From Candidatus Omnitrophota bacterium (GTDB lineage Bacteria; Omnitrophota; Gorgyraeia; Gygaellales; Profunditerraquicolaceae), in the NCBI GenBank assembly GCA_041653055.1, contig JBAZGD010000004.1, forward strand, positions 1 through 60,685: DNA of 60,685 nt, given 5' to 3'. Shown one piece after another: positions 54,475 to 60,685 of the stretch. Numbering within the stretch: position 1 is the first letter of the stretch; every line of letters starts with the position of its first letter. The position numbers and the translations under genes were made by a program. A model generated the notes under the pieces. It was not told where the DNA came from, did no database searches, and saw only the letters and a list, made by a program, of their open reading frames with translations.

Positions 54475-57231
54475 ATGAAAAATAAGTTTTTTAGATCTAA
54501 CGCCGTAGCGCTAGCCTGTTTAGCGCTATTATTTTTATCTCCAAGCTTGGTCTTCAGCCAAAGCCATGCTGCAGATTATCTTTGCCAGAGGGGTGAGGCT
54601 TATTACGATCAGGGTAAAATGGAAGAGGCGCTTTCTGAGTTTAATAAAGCGCTTTTAGTCGATCCCGACAATAAGGCTGCAAAAAAATACATTAACCTGA
54701 TTTTTAACAAGAACAGCCAACCGGTTATCCCCCTGGTTAATCCTGTTTCTACGGCTAAGCCAACGCTATCTAAGGATGAGGCCATGGCTGTGGCTATTAT
54801 GGAACTTGAGCAGCCAAAACCCCATAAGGCCGATGGCTTTGCTGACGCAGCAAAGAAAGATCTGGAAGATGAAGAAAGGAGAGGGTTTTTATTAGGGGGC
54901 CTGCGGGTTACGGGAGAAATGCTCGTATCCTTCGGAGTATCCTCTCCCAATGATTTTATCTGGAAGCGCGCTAACTTTGATATGAATGAAAGAAACTGGC
55001 GGGTTCTCTCAGATGCTGCCTACAACAACAGATTCAATACCTTTGATACCAGGGTTTATGACAGCCTTTCGGTAAACCTTGACACGGAGAATGAAACCGG
55101 ATTTAACCTCCATGCTAATATTACGGTAGATCCCTGGAGCTTTACGGGTAAGAGCAGTAAATTTACGGTTACCGGAGGCGCATGGGGGGATACTGCTGAT
55201 GTTGAATTAAGGTACTGGTCGAACACAGGCTATACCCTTAATGACAGGGTTTTTACTTCAATCAGCGGAGATGTGTTTAACCTCCCTGAAATTAAGGTAG
55301 TTAACGGAAGGGTCCTTCCTACTGTTGCGACCTCTGCCTTTCTCAACACTTTTACTATTCCCGAAACTAAAATTCACCGCAGGTTCCAGCCGGTCAGGGA
55401 ATTTTGGCTTGATTATATGAATGAGGACGCCGGCGTGAAATTCAGGGTCTTTCCGATTGCCTATCAGGATCAGGCCTTTACCTCAGATGACCCTCTGCGT
55501 ATAACTAATCATCATAAGTGGTGGGCAGCCAGCCCTTGGCTTAAAAGATATTCTCCGGGGCGTTACAACTCAGACCCGGGCGCATTGGATTACACTAAGG
55601 GTATCTGGGATGATACCTATTCTACGATACGGGACAGTACCGGAAAATACCTTACCGCCTTAAGGGGTTTTTCTTTTGAGCTTGGTTCAGCCGAAAAAAC
55701 GTTATTTACCACTACCGTAGCCACGCCTAAAGACCTTTGGCAGGATTACGAAGAGGTGGATAATTATATTACCGCAAGCAGGTTAAAACATTATGCCGCG
55801 GATAACCTTGCGTTAGGGGCTACATTTACTTCCCGCACAGGATTAAATGTGGATGATAAGAACAAGACCGATAGCAGGAACTATGTAGGAGGCGCGGATT
55901 TAACTTATGAAATCCTGGAAGGCATGAAGATGCAGGCTGAAGTTTTAACTTCACAGTCTTATTACGATGAGATTAATTCGCAGTATAAGACTAAGGCCCG
56001 CGGAAACGCCTATTATTTTACCCTGGTCAACCGTTACCCGCAGAAGGAGCTTATTTCTCTTGCGGATGCTTACAATGAAAGTAAGAAGGGCAAGGATGAG
56101 CCGGTTATGGTTAAAAGCAAGTTTTTTATTGCCCGAATGGATGAGGGTTTTGATTCCGCGCTATCTAATTACAGGGATACCCGCGATGATGATTTCTGGT
56201 CAAGGCATATATCTTTTCGCAGGCAATTCGGTTATTTCAGCCCAGGCCTAAGTTCCGCCTATATCAACCAGGATGAGCTTGATACAACCCGCATAGGAGA
56301 CGGTATTGACAAGGGCAGGAGTACTATCGGTTTCAGGATCGAGACTTTTTACGAGGATAATTTCTCCAATCTCTTTGACGTGCGCAATGTGCATAAGAAT
56401 AACGGAAAGTATGTTGAGACGGTTGTGCGCGATGAGGTAATGTTCAGGCCGCTTGAGAAATTAACCCTTAAGGGTTTACTGCTTTATCAGGACCTGCCAA
56501 AGACTAAAGGCGGGATAGACCCCTTTAATATGGATATTGATACCGATATAGGTTTAGTTAATACCGCGGTCCCCGATGGCGCCGATCCCAGCATTAAAAC
56601 AGGTTCTATCGGTTTAGAGTATGCCTTTGAAGAGTGGCTCAAGGCAAATTTGGTTTGGGAGAGGACCAATGATTATTATCTTGCCTACGGTAATTTCCCC
56701 AATGGCGTCTTTAACGATGGGGAATTAAGCAGGATATATTCTGAGTACGGCAGCAACTACCGCGGTTGGAACAGGTGGCTTTACGACCAGGGTAACTTTC
56801 CTCAGGCACCGTATCCATTTTACAATATTTATAAGGCAGGGATTGATTTTTCTCCCACGGATAAATTAAACTTTTATCTGGATTATACCTATAATGAATT
56901 TAAAATGGCAGGCCAGAACTCCGATAATATGAACCATTTCGGTTTACAGATGGTTTATGAGCCCACTGAGAAGATCGGGCTATGTTTTAAATATACCTAT
57001 TCGTTATGGAAGAATCCTGTTTTAGTTAATCAGGGCAATACCAAGACAACGGGGCACCATAATTTCTTCAGCGAGTTTAGGTTCTTTCCTACCAAGGATG
57101 ATGAATTAACCCTGCAGTATGGAGAGGGCAACTCCAGTTCTATCGGCAGGCTCTATGATCCTACGGGCGGCTCGCTCCTGACGATAGATACCGCGCATAT
57201 CTTCCGTGTTTACTACCGCCGTAAATTCTAA
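54475..57231 (+). CDS. Exported protein with N-terminal TPR and probable outer-membrane beta-barrel
   Basis: Signal peptide; TPR (GEAYYDQGKMEEALSEFNKAL-x-x-DP-x-N); many amphipathic Tyr/Phe-rich strands; C-terminal Phe. The barrel call is inference. Confidence 0.7.
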   Translation: MKNKFFRSNAVALACLALLFLSPSLVFSQSHAADYLCQRGEAYYDQGKMEEALSEFNKALLVDPDNKAAKKYINLIFNKNSQPVIPLVNPVSTAKPTLSKDEAMAVAIMELEQPKPHKADGFADAAKKDLEDEERRGFLLGGLRVTGEMLVSFGVSSPNDFIWKRANFDMNERNWRVLSDAAYNNRFNTFDTRVYDSLSVNLDTENETGFNLHANITVDPWSFTGKSSKFTVTGGAWGDTADVELRYWSNTGYTLNDRVFTSISGDVFNLPEIKVVNGRVLPTVATSAFLNTFTIPETKIHRRFQPVREFWLDYMNEDAGVKFRVFPIAYQDQAFTSDDPLRITNHHKWWAASPWLKRYSPGRYNSDPGALDYTKGIWDDTYSTIRDSTGKYLTALRGFSFELGSAEKTLFTTTVATPKDLWQDYEEVDNYITASRLKHYAADNLALGATFTSRTGLNVDDKNKTDSRNYVGGADLTYEILEGMKMQAEVLTSQSYYDEINSQYKTKARGNAYYFTLVNRYPQKELISLADAYNESKKGKDEPVMVKSKFFIARMDEGFDSALSNYRDTRDDDFWSRHISFRRQFGYFSPGLSSAYINQDELDTTRIGDGIDKGRSTIGFRIETFYEDNFSNLFDVRNVHKNNGKYVETVVRDEVMFRPLEKLTLKGLLLYQDLPKTKGGIDPFNMDIDTDIGLVNTAVPDGADPSIKTGSIGLEYAFEEWLKANLVWERTNDYYLAYGNFPNGVFNDGELSRIYSEYGSNYRGWNRWLYDQGNFPQAPYPFYNIYKAGIDFSPTDKLNFYLDYTYNEFKMAGQNSDNMNHFGLQMVYEPTEKIGLCFKYTYSLWKNPVLVNQGNTKTTGHHNFFSEFRFFPTKDDELTLQYGEGNSSSIGRLYDPTGGSLLTIDTAHIFRVYYRRKF

Positions 57232-57237
57232 TTAAGG

Positions 57238-60200
57238 TTATTCCAGGTAAATATCGATATTTTTGATCTGGCGCAGGCGTATTTTCTCTGCGTAAGGTGA
57301 TTTTAGGGTGTCGGAATTAATTTCTACCGGTAGGCCGCCAGTATCCATAAATGCTATTTTGCATATCCTTGCTGCATTTTTTCCGAACGTATTCTTCCTT
57401 TTAGGGTTATGGTAGGTAATCTTAGCCTTGCTCAGGAAGTTGAAAGAATATTCCCCTTTTTTATCAAATAACCAGCCGCTTAATATAGGGGTAAAACATA
57501 AGTTTAAATCCCCTTTATCGTTTAAAAAGAAAGGTTTTATTCCGGTATTGATTTTTAACCATATCTCAAGAAATTCGGCAGTGGAGCCGGAGAGCCTGGC
57601 TACGAAACCGTTACCGTGCAGCCTTTTATCAGGAAAGGCGCTGCTTACCAAAAAAGAGGAGTTCTCCAGTATGCTGCGTCCGTATTGCCAAGGGTCCTGA
57701 AATGGAATAAGCACCTCTTTAAAGTTTGCGTAAAATTCATCGTATAACCCGGCCCTTAAAAGCTCAAGCATATATTTGTATTCCATATGCAGCCAGACAG
57801 ATTCATTCTCAAGCCATCCTGGAGTGAATATCCTGCACCTGCCTATTTCCTCGGGCATTGATTTTAAGGGCGAGGTTACTTTATACATTTTCAGTTTTTT
57901 GTCAAAAAGGCTGCTATTTCTTACTCCCCGGTAAAGTTCCCTCGCTTTTTGTTTATCGTTAGTAAGCCTCATGGCGTGCATCTGCGGTTCCAGGAATAAG
58001 GGGAGGGGTATCTGTTTAAAAGAGAGGGGCTTTATAAAATTATCGCGCAGTTTCCGGTATTCCTTTACTTCATGCATAAAATAACCGCGGTATACGCGGG
58101 CCTTTTCGTCATAGGCCTTTATAAGCCCAAGCTCAACTTTTTTTAATACTAAATCAATAGTCCCCGTTAATTGAGAGGAGGTTATCTCTTGCTCGGCCCC
58201 TTTTACGCCCAGCTTGGTCTTTTGGCGGTAGCTTTCTTTCAATGAATGGGTCTTATCCCACCAGTTATGGTCATCTAAAGACTGGTTAAGGTATTCTTCG
58301 GTTAAACGCGCAAGGCCCTCCAGAAAATCATAAATCTCTTCGGTAAGGCATATTTTCTCAATTCCTGCTGACAGGAGAGCGTTCTTTATAAAAATAGCCA
58401 GGCGTTTTAGTTCAAATGTTTCGCATGCCGATGAGCCAAAAAGTGCCGGAAGGCCGTTTAGCGAGTCAAACCAGTTAGGTTTGTCTGATTCCATCTCTAT
58501 GCCTATGCCAAAGGGGTCAAGCGATGCGTATTTATTAGCCAAAAGGCAGAGGAGTTTATTAATCAGGGTTGTGCGGTAAATATCCCCGTGGCCGTATTCG
58601 CTGCGCATTATATGGGGATATTCTTTTCTCCCGTGAATTAATTCTTTCTTTGCGGCATCCGGGGAGACTGCATTTAACTGCCTGGGGATGTTGTTGTGGA
58701 GCAGGTATTTCTCGCTGCGCGGTTTAACTGTTTCAGTGTTATCAAAAAAAGTAAAGTTTTTATTCCCGAAGATAATTTCCTTTATTTTTTCCGGGTATAG
58801 GCAGAGGTAACTATCAATTATATCAAGATTATAGTGCCAGTGGTCGCTCCAGTACCCCTCTGAATGTTCTGCCTCGCTGGATTTCTCCGAAGCAGAAAAT
58901 ACCATATCCAGCAGTTCATCGTAAGAAATATTCAGCTTTATGCGGTTATCTTCGATAAAAAGTATAAGTTCGCCGGGCGAGAATCTTTTTTGCGAGAATA
59001 AAGAGGTTATTTTCTCTATTGCTTCCTCATGGCAGAGGTTACGCAGAAGGGTTTTAACTTTTTGCGTGTCCTTAATGATGAAGCTGGCGCCCTTTACCAC
59101 TAGCGGGTTAAAACCGTCCAGCTGTATGAGGTTAAGCAGGGAGATAATATTTTCCTCTTTTATCATCGGGTTGAACCAAATATCGTTTCTGCGGTTTTGG
59201 TTCAGGTCGCGGTAATTACCGTTTCCCTGAGAAAGGTAGGTAGGGGAAATCTGAAATTTGTTATAATCACGTTCCGGATCGCCGTGTTTGCGGGAATAGG
59301 CATAAAAGGTTTCTTTGGAATTAAAGATTAAGGGATAGCCTCCCCTTAATATATTATCGAGATAAGTTTGCCTGGCGTATAAGTTGAATTCCTGAGAGCT
59401 GGAATTGGTATTTATATCTTGGGTAAGTTCGTTTATGATTTTAAGACTTTCGTTTCGTTTAGCTTCAAGGTATCCGGCAGTAGAGATCCTTTTAATCGAT
59501 GCGTTAAGGGCCTTAAGGCTGCGCATATATCCGCTTACAGAATAGAAGGTTTTTTCTTCATTTTTTTTGAGGGTGAAATCGGAATAAAGGAAGGCGCAGG
59601 GCGTTTTGCTGTTAATAGCCTCATTCCTGGGGGGAGCGAATTTTCTGCCCAAAAATGGGCGCGGGCAGGAGAAATCAGTAACCGGCCCGAATATATTTTC
59701 CGGGTCGATTATAGGCTTAAGGGATTTAAGCTCCCCCTTTTCGTATGAAAAGCCCGTATAGAAATTACCTTCTTTCATATGAATTACTTCAGGCCGGTCT
59801 GTGGGGTCGACATTTAGCCTGTAGAAGGGGGCGTTATTATCCAGGTTTTCCACCTTAATCCAGGCCTCAATAGTGCGGGACATTTCCTTAAGGAAGAAAT
59901 TATTGATTCCAAAAGGGACAATCTGCGCGAGCCCATCCAGTAATTGTATTTTTCTATCGACGGATTTAAGGTTTTTTAGCGTTACTATCCTTACCAGTCC
60001 GGAGTAGTTATCATTTGGGATATTAAAATATTTAACCGTGGTTTTGATCCCCAGGGATTTATTTTCCTCTTCAATATTTAATTCGCAGGGGTATATGGAC
60101 ATGCGATTGTTTATTTCATACCCTAAGTTGGTAAAACCGTTATGAAATGGCTCATAAAAAAGGTTCTTATCCCCCTGTTCTATTTTAATGAATGTCCTGA

Positions 60201-60492
60201 AGCCGTGGGTTGAAACAAGCTGCCAGGCCCTATTTGCCGGCAGAAACTCCAGTATGGCATGATCCTTGTCTTTTGTCCCAAAGCTGGATATGCATTGGCC
60301 GCGGTTTACATAAAAAGTCCACATCGGGATGCCGTATTTTCCGGCTATGCCGGGAAAGAAGTTAGAGAAAGGCTTAGAAAAGTTATAGTTTTCTATAACA
60401 AATCCGCCTTCTTTATTCAGGTAATATTTAGGTTCTTTAGGGGTAATTTTAGACATTGTAAACATTTTACCTAATTTATTGTTTTTGTCCAT
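57238..60492 (-). CDS. Glycoside phosphorylase, GH161-like (beta-1,3-glucan phosphorylase family, GH94-related)
   Basis: PGIAG-x-x-GIPMWTFYVNRGQ, RKHGD-x-ERDYN, QGNGNYRD-x-NQNRR, GYWSDHW, KPNW-x-D-x-LNGLP, ENESVWLHMEYKY, RLSGSTAEF; no signal peptide. Family recalled from memory, not searched. Confidence 0.78.
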   Translation of the reverse strand: MDKNNKLGKMFTMSKITPKEPKYYLNKEGGFVIENYNFSKPFSNFFPGIAGKYGIPMWTFYVNRGQCISSFGTKDKDHAILEFLPANRAWQLVSTHGFRTFIKIEQGDKNLFYEPFHNGFTNLGYEINNRMSIYPCELNIEEENKSLGIKTTVKYFNIPNDNYSGLVRIVTLKNLKSVDRKIQLLDGLAQIVPFGINNFFLKEMSRTIEAWIKVENLDNNAPFYRLNVDPTDRPEVIHMKEGNFYTGFSYEKGELKSLKPIIDPENIFGPVTDFSCPRPFLGRKFAPPRNEAINSKTPCAFLYSDFTLKKNEEKTFYSVSGYMRSLKALNASIKRISTAGYLEAKRNESLKIINELTQDINTNSSSQEFNLYARQTYLDNILRGGYPLIFNSKETFYAYSRKHGDPERDYNKFQISPTYLSQGNGNYRDLNQNRRNDIWFNPMIKEENIISLLNLIQLDGFNPLVVKGASFIIKDTQKVKTLLRNLCHEEAIEKITSLFSQKRFSPGELILFIEDNRIKLNISYDELLDMVFSASEKSSEAEHSEGYWSDHWHYNLDIIDSYLCLYPEKIKEIIFGNKNFTFFDNTETVKPRSEKYLLHNNIPRQLNAVSPDAAKKELIHGRKEYPHIMRSEYGHGDIYRTTLINKLLCLLANKYASLDPFGIGIEMESDKPNWFDSLNGLPALFGSSACETFELKRLAIFIKNALLSAGIEKICLTEEIYDFLEGLARLTEEYLNQSLDDHNWWDKTHSLKESYRQKTKLGVKGAEQEITSSQLTGTIDLVLKKVELGLIKAYDEKARVYRGYFMHEVKEYRKLRDNFIKPLSFKQIPLPLFLEPQMHAMRLTNDKQKARELYRGVRNSSLFDKKLKMYKVTSPLKSMPEEIGRCRIFTPGWLENESVWLHMEYKYMLELLRAGLYDEFYANFKEVLIPFQDPWQYGRSILENSSFLVSSAFPDKRLHGNGFVARLSGSTAEFLEIWLKINTGIKPFFLNDKGDLNLCFTPILSGWLFDKKGEYSFNFLSKAKITYHNPKRKNTFGKNAARICKIAFMDTGGLPVEINSDTLKSPYAEKIRLRQIKNIDIYLE

Positions 60493-60505
60493 AGAATTAT
60501 TTTCT

Positions 60506-60570
60506 TAAATAGGGACAGCGACTATTTTTATTAGTATTTAGTTTAGCCAAAAATGGCCGCTCTCCCTATT
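60506..60570. repeat. Degenerate family B doublet just upstream of the GH161-like gene
   Basis: 60506-60529 and 60549-60570 each differ by 2 nt from the arms at 11258-11281 and 11284-11305. Confidence 0.8.
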
Positions 60571-60602
60571 CATAATGTAAAATATCTTTCGCACTTTTGA
60601 TA

Positions 60603-60631
60603 TTGCCTTAAGCATAAAAAAGGCATATCCT
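60603..60631 (+). promoter_or_regulatory. Possible + strand promoter for a gene beyond the window
   Basis: TTGCCT-N17-TATCCT; the downstream gene is not visible. Confidence 0.35.
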
Positions 60632-60685
60632 CTTAGGTTGATAACGCAAATTATTAACCTAACCGGCCCTTACGGGCCAGCAAAA

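Noticed and set aside
909-60474. The many short antisense or alternate-frame ORFs in the track (e.g. 1920-2528, 12364-12834, 19899-20429, 27167-28003, 53367-53813, 58940-59215)
   Set aside because: They lie wholly within well-supported genes, show Ser/Ile/Phe-rich shadow composition, and have no motifs or start signals.
60665-60678. GGCCC-TTAC-GGGCC hairpin at the window edge
   Set aside because: Only a 5-bp stem with no U-tract, and the context is cut off, so it cannot be assigned.

Overview
A 60.7 kb stretch of bacterial core genome, nearly all on the + strand. The gene content and protein style suggest Candidatus Omnitrophota or a related PVC-associated lineage; this is an inference and no database search was run. 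Gene order: galT-like (5' partial), gap, pgk, tpiA, secG, MFS transporter, REP-associated tyrosine transposase (RAYT), glgC, short ArgA-like GNAT, acyl-CoA dehydrogenase, etfB, etfA (ferredoxin-fused), small HTH_17 protein, smc, GAF-GGDEF (- strand), recA, recX, alaS, hisD (frameshifted), hisB, hisH, hisA, peptidoglycan-binding lipoprotein, hisF, hisI, trpE, rpsP, yajC, secDF, mfd, SurA-like, pdxA, rsmA, CvpA, Nif3, dnaG, rpoD, PAS-GGDEF-HD-GYP, tRNA-Ile2(CAT), tRNA-Val(CAC), zinc-ribbon protein, rnhA, rnpB, yebC, ruvC, ruvA, scpB, pheA, hisC, aroF, tyrA, cmk, lepA, lepB, pgsA, plsY, an orphan, a TPR/beta-barrel-like protein and a GH161-like glucan phosphorylase (- strand). The main anomalies are: (1) an SMC with full-length arms whose canonical hinge is replaced by a ~60 aa unrelated segment; (2) both tRNA genes carry C instead of the near-invariant U55 in the T-loop; (3) a RAYT bounded by inverted arms, with three related families of GGGAC-core palindromic repeats nearby and a motif shared between the RAYT and recA upstream regions; (4) a 635 aa Mfd lacking D1a, D1b, D3 and D7; (5) an RNase P RNA apparently lacking P12-P14 and overlapped by the rnhA ORF; (6) a frameshifted hisD next to a hisB missing two metal-ligand histidines. 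All family calls come from recognising motifs by eye.
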